63,853 nt of DNA, filler included, from Octopus bimaculoides (GCF_001194135.2; 8 parts of 6 records of this genome joined end to end with filler, not necessarily neighbours in it); one strand, 5' to 3'; positions 1 to 13,244 are shown, numbered from the whole stretch's first letter. The notes: generated by a model not told the origin, from the sequence alone. Made by a program: numbers and translations.

Positions 1-714
1 TATATATATATACATATACATACGTATAAATGCGTACTTAGATATTCATACAACTCCCATACATGTATGTGTTTGTGCGTGTATGTATTTCGATCTATAT
101 TTTTACTTAGAAATTTTTGTGTAGCTGGGCGTTGTATGTATTTATCTTGTCTATCATCTTATCTTTCTCTCCCTCTCTCTATCTATCTATCTGTTTATCT
201 CTCTATGTGTCTGCGTGCCTCTCTCTATGTCTCTCTCCGTTTCTATATCTCCAGATCTTTATCGATGACTCGATTAATTACATCGATCTTACTCCGTTTC
301 TTTCCCTCTTTATCTTCTTCCTGTCTCCCTTTCTCTCACTATGTCTCCCCCCTCTCTCTCTCCCTCTCTCCCCCTCTCTCTGTTTCAATCTATCTATCTT
401 AATTCTTTCTAATTCATAATTAACACGCAGTCAAACACAATATTCACCAAATATAATCCCCCTCTTCATTCTATCTCTCTCTCTCTTTCCCCGTCTCCTT
501 GTCTCTCTGTCTACCCCACCCCCTCTCTCTCTCTCTCTCTCTTTCCTTTTCTATCTGTACCGCCCTATTCTGTCAATATCCATGGTAGGCGTTTCACCCG
601 ACTGCCACCCGCTTGCCATCCGATACCCACCCGATTGTCTCATTACCAACAATTACGTTGGCTAATCAGACAGATGCTAATCACAGCTATTTCAACCAAC
701 TCCATGCTACTTAG

Positions 715-1900
715 ATGCATTTGTCGTCCACAATTCTCAATTTAATATTCATTGTCTCTCTCTCTCTCTCTCACTCTCTCTCTCTCTCTCTCACACACTC
801 TCTCTCTCTCTCCCACTCTCTCTCTCTCTCACTCTCTCTCTTTCAGTCTCTCTTTCAGTCTCTCACTCTCTCTCTTTCAGTCTCTCACTCTCTCTCTTTC
901 AGTCTCTCACTCTCTCTCTTTCAGTCTCTCACTCTCTCTCTTTCAGTCTCTCACTCTTTCAGTCTCTCACTCTCTCTCTCTCTCACTCTTTCACTCTCTC
1001 TCTTTCAGTCTCTATCTATTACTTTCTGTCTGTCTCTCACCTTCTCAGTCCCATTCTATCTCTTCCTATCTTTTATTCTCTCTCTCTCTCATGCTCTCTT
1101 TCTCTCTATTCCTTTCTCTCTATTCCTTTCTCTCTCTTTCTCAGTCATTCTCTGTCTCTGTCTTTCTTTCTCACTCTCATTCTCAGTCTCTCCCTCTGTC
1201 CCTCTGTGTCTCTCTCCTTCTTCCTCTGTCCTTCTCCGTCTGTCTGTGTTTTTCTTTCTTTCTCTACTTTGTCTTTCTCTGTCTCTCTTTCTCCCTCTTC
1301 TTCTCCCTCTATCCCTCTGTGTCTTTCTCAGTCCATCTTTGTCTGTCTTTATTCTTCTCTGTCTCCACTCCCTCTCTCCCTCTGTGCCTCTCTCCTTCTT
1401 TCTCTCTCCCTCTGTGTCTGTCTGTATCTTTCGCTTTCTTTCTCTAGTTTCCCTGTCTTTCTTTGTCACTCTTTCTCTCTCTCTCTCTCTCGTTTCTTTC
1501 CCTCACCCTCTTCCTCTATCCCTCTGTCTCTTTCTCAGGCCATCTCTGTCTCTCTGTCGTTCTTTCTCTGTCTCTCTGTCTCTCTGTCTCTCTGTCGTTC
1601 TTTCTCTCTCACTCTCTCTCTCTCTGTCCCTCTCTCTCTCGCCTTTCTCTGCCCCTCTATCTCTGTCTGTCTGTCTCTCTCCCACACACTCTCTCTCTCA
1701 CGCCTTTCTCTGTCCCTCTGTGTCTGTCTCTCTGAATAACTCTCTCTTTCTGTCTGTCTGTCTGTCCGTCCGTCTGTCTCTCTGTCTGTCTGTCTGTTTG
1801 TCTGTCTTCCTCTCTCCCTTTCTGTCTCTGTCTATCTCTCTATGTCCATCTCTGTCTCTCTACTTCTCTCTCATTATATACATCACCAGATGTCTTTTTC
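715..1900. repeat. (CT)n/CTGT-rich low-complexity tract including a ~22-24 bp minisatellite (ctctctctctttcagtctctca) at ~832-1010
   Basis: Directly visible; explains the S/L-rich ORFs of the track. Confidence 0.95.
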
Positions 1901-2143
1901 TGTTTGTATATCTTTATGTTTTCAGTGAATGCGTATGTGTGTATATGTGTGTATGTAACTCTGTTTCTTAGTGTGTCTCTCTCACACTTCCCTGTCGGTG
2001 TTACATACATACACAGAGAGACACACAGACACACACAGACACACACACGCACAAATACACAGAAACAAACGCCTGCCTAAATTCACAAAGCATATTTGAT
2101 ACATAAATACATACACACGGGCATACTTCTATAAACAGATACA

Positions 2144-2185
<42 letters not shown>

Positions 2186-2429
2186 TGTACACACAACATA
2201 CTCACATACAGACACACATGCACGCACACAAGCATGCATACATGCATCGTAAATGTACATAGACTGTTTTAAGACATATAACGTACACATGATAATATAC
2301 AGATACACTAATATACACACATACACATATAGACAAACTTACACTAAACCTGAACTCGCACACAAACATACATATGTGAATATATATGTACACACACACA
2401 CATATATATGTATATATATACACACACAC

Positions 2430-2467
<38 letters not shown>

Positions 2468-3016
2468 GTATATATGTATCTCTGTGTATATATATAATTA
2501 TTTATATATCCATTATTTATTATATTTGTAATATCCATACCTATCTACATATCAATCTANNNNNNNNNNTATATATAAATATAAGTATATATATATATGT
2601 ATATATATAAATATAACTATATATAGATATGCATGTATACATGTATATATAAATGTATTTCATATATATATTTATACACACACACACTCACACACTCAAA
2701 CAAACACACAAATACACTCACACACACACACACTCACACACACGCACACACACAGACACACGCACTGGCATGTCTAATACACTATGTCAAATGTTGTTAT
2801 TACCTCTACAGACTTATCTCTCATTTCTCTATCTTATTGTCTTCATCTCTTACTCTATCTCTCTCGCCCTACAACATTTACCTGTCTCTCTCTCTCTCTC
2901 TCTCTCAATCTTCAGACCTACCTATGTTTCAGTTAATATCTTACAATACCATCTTCATATTTCTTTTAGTTATTCTTATGTTCTGTAAGCTCTCCATTTC
3001 TCTCTCTCTGTGTCTG

Positions 3017-3079
<63 letters not shown>

Positions 3080-3194
3080 GTCTGTCTGTCTGTCTGTCTT
3101 TCTGTCTGTCTTGACTGTGTGTTTGTCTTCTAATCTATAAATCTGCGTGCGTAAATGTATATATTTATATAATATAATATAAAAAATATATAAA

Positions 3195-3335
3195 TATATG
3201 CATATATCCATACATATATGTACATACCTACATCTATCTGTATACATACATACATATATGGGTACAGGACATCACAAAAAACGTTAAACAAAAAACCCCC
3301 AGAGAAACAAGACATGCAACAGAAAGAGTACAACC
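3195..3335 (+). repeat. Unclassified interspersed repeat (inverted copy at ~60084-60290, partial at ~5830-5960)
   Basis: gggtacaggacatcacaaaaacgttaaac...gacatgcaacagaaagagtacaaccc matches the reverse complement of 60084-60290. Confidence 0.7.
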
Positions 3336-3344
3336 CTTCAACAG

Positions 3345-3378
<34 letters not shown>

Positions 3379-3575
3379 GTATAAGAAGGGATGACCACTA
3401 GGTGGACATCCGATATGCTAGAAAGAGGTCATCAACGACCCAACCACAAAGAAAAATAATGTTCTCCAGAAAAAATTCAGTAAACACCAGAACATAAGCG
3501 GGCAAGACAAAATGAAAAATATACAAAATAAAGAATTAATTGTATACCGGTTCCCCCATCAACTTTTTTACTTAC

Positions 3576-3734
3576 GTAAAAACGTCCGTGGTTCATCGGT
3601 ACAATCGTTCTAAATTCAATATAATTTGCAGAAATATACACAAAGTGGCGACGAGGATTTCGTAGCTCACACAGCCATTGTGTAGTATTGCGATATAACA
3701 GTGCTTCCTTAGCACTGTGCTGCGCAATGGCCAT
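3576..3734 (-). CDS. Candidate first coding exon of an unidentified gene running off to the left
   Basis: gccATGG start context, 53 open codons (MAIAQHSAKE...MNHGRFY), then a perfect GTAAGT donor at 3575-3570. No homology recognised. Confidence 0.25.
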
Positions 3735-4722
3735 GGCTTTTATAATGTATTATTTCTCTTCGGGTGGAATTCTGAAGAATTTAGGCAGTTTGTTCAGTAA
3801 AGCTTTACCACCTTGTTCCATTTTAATGTGTTGTGTAGTGTAGTTCAGTGTAATTATATCTTATTGCAAGTGGATGATGATCTGCGAAAGCTGATGTACT
3901 TTCATGTCCGAAATTATAGTTAGAGTCGTGAAGTTTGCAACTACAAAAAATATACAATTTATAATGGAAGGATTATTCATAGCATAACCTTATGTTAAAA
4001 TATATATAAAAGAAAAACGACAATATACATTTAGAAAGAAAATATATGATTTATGACGTGAAAAAGAAACTGTCAAAATTCAAATTACTGTGATATGTTC
4101 ACTAATCCCTTTGGCCGTGAAGACAATGGTGAAGCAACGACACAAGCCAGTAACCATTCAACCTGAAGGGATAACCTGATGATAGAAATATAGACTTTAC
4201 TACTCGAGTGGAATACAATAAGAAGAAAACTTATTAAAACTACTAGAAAAAGAAACTTTGATAAAACTCTCATAACCCAACATAGTAATATTTGTAATAA
4301 AATGCACACACATACACACGCACAGCCACATAAAGACCCCCCCTACACACACACAGACTTATACATTAACTAGCGTATTCATATAGTTTTCTCTCTATCT
4401 CTCTATGCTTACAGTCACACACGTACGAAAGTATAATGACAGTCAGAATGGGCATAATGTGCAACATAATTCTATATACTAGACATCTGTGAAAATCTAA
4501 TACGAAACCGGTAAAGTGTATTCGTATATCTTAAAACATAATGAAATTCTGATTAATTTTAATTAATTCTAATAAATTCTCTGCAGATTTTGAACTTCAT
4601 TTCTACTATTCCTCTTGTTCGGATTAATAACAATATTCATTATATAAACATCCATACACACACACACACACACACATACATACATACATACATACAAACA
4701 TACATACATGCATGGATATACA

Positions 4723-4766
<44 letters not shown>

Positions 4767-5343
4767 NNNNNNNNNNNNNNNNNNNNNNNNNNNNNNNNNN
4801 NNNNNNNNNNNNNNNNNNNNNNNNNNNNNNNNNNNNNNNNNNNNNNNNNNNNNNNNNNNNNNNNNNNNNNNNNNNNNNNNNNNNNNNNNNNNNNNNNNNN
4901 NNNNNNNNNNNNNNNNNNNNNNNNNNNNNNNNNNNNNNNNNNNNNNNNNNNNNNNNNNNNNNNNNNNNNNNNNNNNNNNNNNNNNNNNNNNNNNNNNNNN
5001 NNNNNNNNNNNNNNNNNNNNNNNNNNNNNNNNNNNNNNNNNNNNNNNNNNNNNNNNNNNNNNNNNNNNNNNNNNNNNNNNNNNNNNNNNNNNNNNNNNNN
5101 NNNNNNNNNNNNNNNNNNNNNNNNNNNNNNNNNNNNNNNNNNNNNNNNNNNNNNNNNNNNNNNNNNNNNNNNNNNNNNNNNNNNNNNNNNNNNNNNNNNN
5201 NNNNNNNNNNNNNNNNNNNNNNNNNNNNNNNNNNNNNNNNNNNNNNNNNNNNNNNNNNNNNNNNNNNNNNNNNNNNNNNNNNNNNNNNNNNNNNNNNNNN
5301 NNNNNNNNNNNNNNNNNNNNNNNNNNNNNNNNNNNNNNNNNNN

Positions 5344-5417
<74 letters not shown>

Positions 5418-5647
5418 AAACACACCAACACACAGAGCACGCAGTCATGTTGTGCCTAAATATACAACAACATCAATTTTAGAAACTATAGTGAAACAAA
5501 CAAACTCCGCTTTGTTCTCTGTTTAATTCTTCAGACTGAGAAATGGAATTGGATTAAGACAATCATAAGCTGCCTCCACTTTCATCTGTAAATCTTAGAC
5601 ACATTCTGATGTATGTATGTACGTATGTATGTATGTATATATGTATG

Positions 5648-5681
<34 letters not shown>

Positions 5682-6030
5682 TGTATGTATGTATGTATTT
5701 ATGTGTCTAAGCGTGTAACGTATGTATGTATGTGTGCATGTATATATGTATGTGTGTATATATGTGTGTATGTATGAATATGTGTATTGATGATGTATAT
5801 ACATATATGTATATATTAATTTATATATAGATTGTCATGTTTGAGTATGTGTATGTTTGTATATATGATGATGCATTTATGTATGTATATACGTACATAT
5901 ATGTATGTATATATGCATATATTTATATATTATTTATATTGTATGTATATATCAATTTATGTATCAATTGTCATGTAGGTATGTATAAGTATGTATGTAT
6001 GTATATATATGTGTGTGCGTGTATTTATAT

Positions 6031-6086
<56 letters not shown>

Positions 6087-6179
6087 AATGCACAGGTATG
6101 AGTAATTATATGTGCGTGCGCGTGTGTGTACGTATATAGTCACACACATACATTTACACGTGCATACGTGGATGTTTGT

Positions 6180-7060
6180 CCGCCGTATGGACGTGAAATC
6201 TTCTCCGAATATCTTTATAATATCAATTCAGTGTTTAACAATAAGTTGTTTATCCATTTTACGAGGTAATAACAAGTATATGATTGGCCGTATTATAGCG
6301 ATGCTATGTTTGATAGCCAGAATAGTAGCGCCTGGTCATACATGCACAGCTAATATCGTGTCCAGTCTACTTTGAATTTGACGACGAGTGTACTTGTGCT
6401 TTCAGGTTCGGCTTTTAAAACTGCTCTCGTTCATCCCATATCTGCAAGTTTATTTCTCTCTCTACTTAAGGTCACCACAGCATTTGATATTACTGGTTTT
6501 AGTAAGGCGCTAAAATGAAAATACCGTAGGAGATGTTCTTTGATCTATGGTATTTTGGTTACTGGCATCTTCCCGATTAGTGTTTTAAACATAGCACATA
6601 CTGCATCCGAAATATTCGGTGTAAAATAGACTATTTTAAGTGAAATCTGTTAAATATTTTTCTATATGTATGAGCAGGTGGGAAATGCTTCTTTACAATC
6701 TGTATGAATATTTTGTTTATTGTCCGCAGTGCATTGAAGAACTAAACCATAAAGAAATTTTCCTTCATAATTCCTGCTTGCAGATTTAACTTGTCTTTGT
6801 ACTCAGCTGATTCTTTGTAGTCACTAGCTTCTAGTGCATTGTTTTGTGCACTTGCGGTCCAATTGATAGATATCTCGTTAGAATATTTTACTGAATTCTG
6901 TCTTCTAAAATTCTTAGGTACACTTTTGAGAGTACTCGACGGGTGCTTTGACGCATAACGTATGTACAGTATGATTTCTTTAAGCTTTTAATAAGTTATA
7001 CAGAGAAAATCATTAGATTTGTATTTAACTTAAATCGAAACAGATTTGGATCGATTCTCC
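6180..7060 (-). mobile_element. Degenerate Penelope-like retroelement (RT thumb/linker and GIY-YIG endonuclease)
   Basis: Minus-strand translation with stops and frameshifts gives YIRYASKHPSSTLKSVPK, KISLWFS, IVKKHFPPAHTYRKIFNR and YGMNESSFKSR..KHKYT, matching PLE motifs SNHP, IWFNPP, KHFP..KIFNR and YIG.TE..FK.R...H. Confidence 0.75.
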
Positions 7061-7607
7061 GGCTACGTACTGCCTTATTTACTAACCATCGACTCTGTAA
7101 GTTTCACCATATAGTGACTTCAGTTTATGTTGCATTAGAAAATAAAGTCAAATATTTGAAATTTCTGCAAAATTTGTAGCACCCATTCATACATCGAATA
7201 CATTTGCTGTAATTGTTTTTTATTCAAATACTACCATCACGAACAATAACAGATTTCCAAGTATGCATATTCGAAATTTTGCAAAATTGAAGATGTTCAG
7301 TAAAAGTTACTTTGTTGTAGATATGTACAATTTACAGAGTAAAGGAAGGAGAGAGAGAAAGAGAGAGCAAGAGAGAAAGATTATCATTTGACAGGGAGGG
7401 TGAATATTCTCCTTAAGAGGAGAGAATACCTCCAGGGCTTGTATCATTGTATTTTTCCCTTATGTAATTGTAACGCTTTCACGTGATTTGTGGAAGGGGA
7501 AAAGAGGAGAAAGAAAAAGAGGATAAGGTGAAGACTGAGACAGAAAGCGGGAGAAAGAAAAGAGGGAGAAAAAAGAACAGAGAAAAAGAGGGAGAAGGAA
7601 GCGTCCA

Positions 7608-7653
7608 TGACGTCAGGTGGGGGAACTTGATATTTATTACGTGGTTATAAAAG
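7608..7653 (+). promoter_or_regulatory. Full CRE palindrome followed by consensus TATA box
   Basis: TGACGTCA 7608-7615, TACGTG 7638-7643, TATAAAAG 7646-7653; TCACGTGA upstream at 7479-7486. Confidence 0.4.
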
Positions 7654-8352
7654 TTAGTTGAATATAGTGATGATATGGAGGAAGAAAATTAAAAGATATA
7701 ATTTTAGCGGAGGGGTGATGTTCTGACGGTGAGGCAAAAGAAAGGCAGAGAGAGGGAGGAGACAGAGAAGGTAGAGAGAGAGGAAAAGATAGAGAGAGGG
7801 AAAGAGAAATGATGATGTTGGAGGTGGTAGTGGTGGTGGAGGTGATGGTGGTGATTGGATAGTGAAAAGAGTATTTTTTAAAAAATTGAACTAAGTTTTT
7901 ATATAATCCCTCACTTAACGCATGCATATAAGTGTAATTCTGTCAAATATTCACACTTATTTTCGAGGCAGGTCTATGCGATTTAACTAAAGGTTGTATC
8001 ATATGTACGGGATATTTTATTTTCTTTATGGGGAAAATGGAAAAATAAGAGTGAATATGTATTTTATGAGTGATGTATAATAAGTCTATAAAGTTGTGCA
8101 TAAAGTATATAAAGTGTATATATAAAATGTATATATAAAGTGCAATGAGCAATCATCGTATTCCAATTCCTTTCACTTAATAAGTAGCAAATGAGTGACT
8201 ACTTTTTAATACAGGCTACAATTTCAAGTTTTTTTTGGATAAAACTTTCAGAATTAAACCAAAAGGTTTACCATTAATTCCGATCAGCCATTTTGTCTGA
8301 TCGTTAGTAATGAAAGACACACAAAAACACAAATAAGAAAGAAGAAAGCAAA

Positions 8353-8401
8353 GGACCACTGATGAGGTCACAGACGTGTGACGAAAGAACTCTGGCCGAA
8401 A
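8353..8401 (+). ncRNA. Hammerhead-ribozyme-like core (minimal type I, probably PLE-associated, imperfect)
   Basis: CTGATGA 8359-8365, hairpin gtcaca/tgtgac, GAAA 8383-8386, then TC 8391-8392 and tgg pairing with upstream cca; one extra G in the core. Confidence 0.3.
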
Positions 8402-8630
8402 TACGATTAATGTAAGATAAAGCTGAAGCAAATTAACACCAAATATATAGTACGTGCGTTGCTTTTATTGGCTAAACTGGCAACATAAGCATCCCCAAAT
8501 ACAACAATATATATATATATAAACTTACTGTTAACAAAAGCCAGGATACGTGGCGTTCAGTTAACAGTTAATAAATGTTTGTGTATATATAGGTGTGTGT
8601 GTGTATGTATGTATATATATATGTGTATAT

Positions 8631-8700
8631 ATGGGACACAGCTGGATGTAAGTTTTGAGTGTTGCATATTTCAAATAATGAATAACTCAATCATCTTTAC

Positions 8701-8796
<96 letters not shown>

Positions 8797-9010
8797 GCAT
8801 ATATATATGCATATATGTATATGCATATATTAGATAGAATGACTTGCTTTGATTCTGTGGAATATATTCCTGTTGTCTTAGCCAACAACCTAAGTTACGT
8901 CGGTTGTAAACGCTTCGTCTGAACAACGTGTGACGAAGATGGGACACAGCTGGATGTAAGTTTTGAGTGTTGCATATTTCAAATAATGAATAACTCAATC
9001 ATCTTTACGT
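8631..9010. repeat. 72-bp perfect direct repeat (8631-8702 and 8939-9010) enclosing a (TA)n tract
   Basis: atgggacacagctggatgtaag...caatcatctttacgt occurs twice. Confidence 0.9.
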
Positions 9011-10079
9011 TTTTCTGCCTGCTTGGTTTATAGGTGAATGAAGAGATATTAATTTTGCGATGATGTGTCTAGGAATAGGGTGGTGAACGTTTAAACTCCA
9101 AATTGGATTATAGAATAGAATATTCGTCGGTCTGTTTCAACGTTTGAGAATAGATTTATGAGTTATTTAATATAGTTTCCTTTGAAGCTACTATCACGAA
9201 CCAGTAGTTCTTTTGACACTCTGCTCTCAGGGATCAAATCCCGCAGAGGACAATTTTGCCTATTATTCTTTCAAAGTCAATAAATGTAAGTAAGAATTTT
9301 GGGTAGTGGATTCTTTGAATCGTAAGAATATCAGTGATTAAGTTATTCAGTATTTAAAATCTTCAAGACTTGAAACTTGCATACAGCTGTGTCTCATCTC
9401 TGTCACACATGCTACAGATGAATTGTTTGGAATCGCCGAAACTTACAGTGTTAGCTAAAAACATATAGATACATTCTACAGAATATATTCATATGCTGCA
9501 AGAATTTGTTGCGGCTCTTTACGTTTCGGTGTCACATTCTGTTTACGTGTTTAAAACGCACCCTTGTCATTCCGCGAATCGAGCATGATGAATCCTCTAA
9601 GTAAATACCATCAACGAAAAGATGGTATCGGGTCAAGTTGAAACTATGAGGTACTTTCCCAGTGAGCACGGTATGTACTCTGGTGAGCATCACCTGTAAT
9701 TCTTCAACGTATTTCCTTGAATGATTGAACAAACAATTTTCCAAATCTACTTCTTTTCCATTATTATGGTTGTCTAAAAGACCATCGATCTTGAATGAAC
9801 CTCCCTGCAAGACAAGGAATCTTTCGTGTAATTTATTTTATCCTTATCATTCTTTCTTGAAACAAATCTTACTCGGTTATCTCGTATTCATTTGTTATTT
9901 GTTGTCAGGTGAATATTTTTACTGGACTTATGTTATGTACCAAATGTTATGAATTCCTTTCGTAATCGTCTGCAGGAAATCCGAGAAACCATTTTCAAAG
10001 ACGAGTTTCCAATTTATAGTACGATTCCGCTCTCACGTTTTTCACCGTTTACCTTTAAGTTATTTATGTGTTTACACCT

Positions 10080-10290
10080 ACCCACCAGCCAACCTACCTA
10101 CCTACCTACCTACCTACCTACCTACCTACCTACCTACCTATCTAGCTTCCTATGTACCTATCTACCTATCTACCTATCTACCTACTCACCTACCTACCTA
10201 CCTACCAACCTACCTACCTACCTACCTACCTACCTACCTACCTACCTACCTACCTACCTACCTACCCACCTACCCACCCAGCCACCCACA
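10080..10290. repeat. (CCTA)n tetranucleotide microsatellite
   Basis: Directly visible. Confidence 0.95.
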
Positions 10291-10465
10291 CAGTGACAGA
10301 AAACGAATTGTTCTTGATCGAATTTTAAACCACAACGATGTCACGTGGATAATTCTTACTTTGCAAATAGTTTGCCTGACATGTCGTTCAATACGTAAAC
10401 ATATAAATAAATAAATAATATNNNNNNNNNNNNNNNNNNNNNNNNNNNNNNNNNNNNNNNNNNNN

Positions 10466-10477
10466 TTAATTAATTAA
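10466..10477. other. Assembly gap placeholder: 44 N + TTAATTAATTAA + 44 N (also 16366, 26903, 32600, 54101, 59087, 62735)
   Basis: Identical 12-mer with stops in all six frames sits at the centre of 100-nt gaps; not biological. Confidence 0.95.
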
Positions 10478-10574
10478 NNNNNNNNNNNNNNNNNNNNNNN
10501 NNNNNNNNNNNNNNNNNNNNNATATATATATGTATATATATATACAAGCGCGCACGCACACGCTCAGAAACATA

Positions 10575-10732
10575 TGCAATGCGTTTCCACACAGTTTCTG
10601 TCTACTGAATTCACTTCTATTGCATTGGTCAGCCATAGTGGAAGACACTTGTCTAAGGTGGCGTGCAGGGGGAAAATTGAGATTGAACCCATAACCACAT
10701 GTTTCCAAAGCGAGCAACCCAACCACACAGCG
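10575..10732 (-). mobile_element. SINE family A (tRNA-derived octopus-type SINE), head fragment
   Basis: gaagacacttgtctaaggtgg...ccacacagc, diverged copy of the head seen at 23223 and 50160. Confidence 0.75.
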
Positions 10733-12199
10733 GAAGGTATAACGAAAACAGTCAGAAACACATTGTGGAGTGAATAATGATTATGAGTGATTAATGTGAA
10801 ATAAAGAGTATTGTAATAGGGAAAACTAAAGATTGATTGTCTACAAAGAATTACATAAGAGATAAAGAAATTTTACGTGCGACAAGGAGGTAAAAGAACG
10901 AAATTTGAATCTAGTTTCCATAGATAAAACGTATATATTGCAGGTATAAGTTAATTCTGAGGCTTAAAAATTTGGGTCTTAACTCAACATTTGTCTGAAA
11001 CCTTATATTTTTATTGAATGTTCTGTATCCTCACATTACAACACACCCTATTTATATAATTTTGACTAAACCTACTCGTCGTATGGGAGTCCATCATTAG
11101 CCTTCTTAAATTCTACTACTTGAGCTTCTTATCTTGCGTCTGCGTTCCTAAAAAATGTTAGGTTGTAGGAGTTATAATATATCGAGAGCCACGAAACGTG
11201 ACACATATACAAGAGAAATACCTTTTGGTCCTCTACGAACCATTAAGGTTTTAGCTTTTTGCTTTAATTATCTGTAGGGCCAGATTAAGATCCATAGAGT
11301 CGTTAAGCACTTAAAAGATTTTTGTGCCCCCATATATATGTAATTTAAAATATAAACAATAATAAGCCATTAAAATATATTTGCTCCTTTTCTCTACTGT
11401 TAAGAGAGTATGAATGAGAAACAAAGAAAAAAAAAACAGAAGGAAAGAAAATCGATCATATATAGTTTCTAAATAGTTTAAATGAAGATAGACCAACTGG
11501 TTTCTTGATCCTAAGTTACATTGTATTGATAAGCTCGAAAAAGAGCGAAATAACGTTATCTGCTTCTACTAAGACACTCAAAATGAAGAAACAAATATGA
11601 ACTATATGGAAATAAAATTTCATATGTTTGTTTTTATGTCTGATTTTCAAGATTCAAATTTCATATGTATTCTCACCCTTAAGAAAATGTTCTTTGGCAA
11701 GGTACAAGATTTCACGTTGTCACAGTCTACTCAGTTGGAAATGAGGATCAAGTAAGTGCTGATACAGCCCCATTCTCTTTCCTCCAGTTGTCACATCATC
11801 GATGCTCTATTGGACCAACTTTGGAAGGGCCGATAAGATATCTCTATGACTGTTTGAAGCTACATAAGCACCGAAAGGAACTTGCGAAAGCGAGGTGCAA
11901 GCTCCCAAGTCTAAAATTTAAGCTACGTCCCTCTAAAATTCGACATATTTTTCAATAACAATTCTACATAATATCAATAGCTAATTCAAATTTTGTTTTT
12001 TTGTCTGATTTTCAAGATTCTTTATGTGGATTCGTGTGTTGAAGCATATTGGTATAATGACTCTTCCTAGACATAACTTATTCAAACTTCTACTGAAATG
12101 TGGATTCGTGTTTCAGTTACCATTAAGAAGACTGCAGCCAGTCTATGCAAGTTATAACAAAGTAACCAGGGCGATCAGAAATACGGCAGTATCTTTTAG

Positions 12200-12400
12200 C
12201 TTTCACTAGTTTAGTCATTTGAATAGTGGCCATGCTGGGGCACAGTCATAGAGGATTTGGTTGAACAAATCACCCCCGATAGTAATGGTACTTAATTTAT
12301 TGATTATTTTGGTGAACCACTTGGTTATGGAGACGTGAACTAATCAACTCCGGTGTGAAGGGACAAGCACAAAGACACATACATAAACATGACATATGTA

Positions 12401-12437
<37 letters not shown>

Positions 12438-12582
12438 TGTATGTGTTTGTGTGTGTATGTGCATGTGAGTGTGTGTATGTATGTGTGGTTTACCTCTGGT
12501 GGTTAACCATTATAAATTTCTTCAATATATATGTGTGTGTGTGTATGCATATATGTATATAAATACGCACATGCATACACAC

Positions 12583-12638
<56 letters not shown>

Positions 12639-12792
12639 TAAGCAACGAGCTTCTACACAGTTTCCGTCCACCAATTACTTTCACTCGGCATTGCTCAAAC
12701 CAGGGCTATAGTGGAAGACACTTGCCCAAAGGGCTGTGTAGTGGGATAGAACCCGGAACCGCTTGGCTGCAAAGCTAACTTCTTTATCACAC
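12200..12792 (-). mobile_element. SINE family A, near full length with internal (TG)/(TA) microsatellites
   Basis: Tail gtcatttgaatagtggccatgctgg and head agtggaagacacttgcccaa...gaacccggaacc. Confidence 0.8.
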
Positions 12793-13244
12793 ATTTTTCT
12801 CTGTCAAATCACCATCACCTTTCGACTACCGGATATAATACGGAATCATGGATTTAAATGTCTTGAGCATATTCTACAAGCCTACGGTACATATTTGGTT
12901 GTGGATCTCTGCTGCATCTCTTACTCAATCTCTTGTCTATAACAGCATGGGTTCTATTGTACCAAACTTAAGTGGAAGTCAAACGTTTGGAATCTGAATT
13001 CCAGCCTATCCTAACCTATCGCTGCAGGAATCGACTCCTCTCTTACTCTCACTTACTCTTACGCTCATATTTGTTTCTGTTTTCTGTTTAACTTTCGTTT
13101 TTGGTGAGAACAAAGTGATAAAAGTGAGTGGGGGAATGACTCTGCACTGGAATACCTTTCATCGCTCCACTGTTGAGAGTGGAATGTTTTTTTTTAATTA
13201 GATATTGCAATTTAACTCTTATAAAGACGCTCACTAATAAACAA

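Noticed and set aside
67-3133. Long S/L-, Y/I-, H/T- and C/V-rich ORFs (e.g. 715-1971, 418 aa)
   Set aside because: They are translations of (CT)n, (TA)n and (CA)n microsatellites. The same applies to similar ORFs throughout and to those spanning N gaps.
4085-4309. Hydrophobic ORF resembling a signal anchor (MRVLSKFLFLVVLISFLLIVF)
   Set aside because: An A-rich opposite strand yields F/L/I/V by composition; there is no homology or convincing splice context.
9532-9810. Possible mariner remnant (PHSFNLTRYHLF)
   Set aside because: Only a faint echo of YSPDLAPSDYHLF; no other catalytic motifs or TIRs were seen.
10466-10477. Recurring TTAATTAATTAA as a biological motif
   Set aside because: It is always centred in 44+44 N, so it is a scaffolding placeholder.
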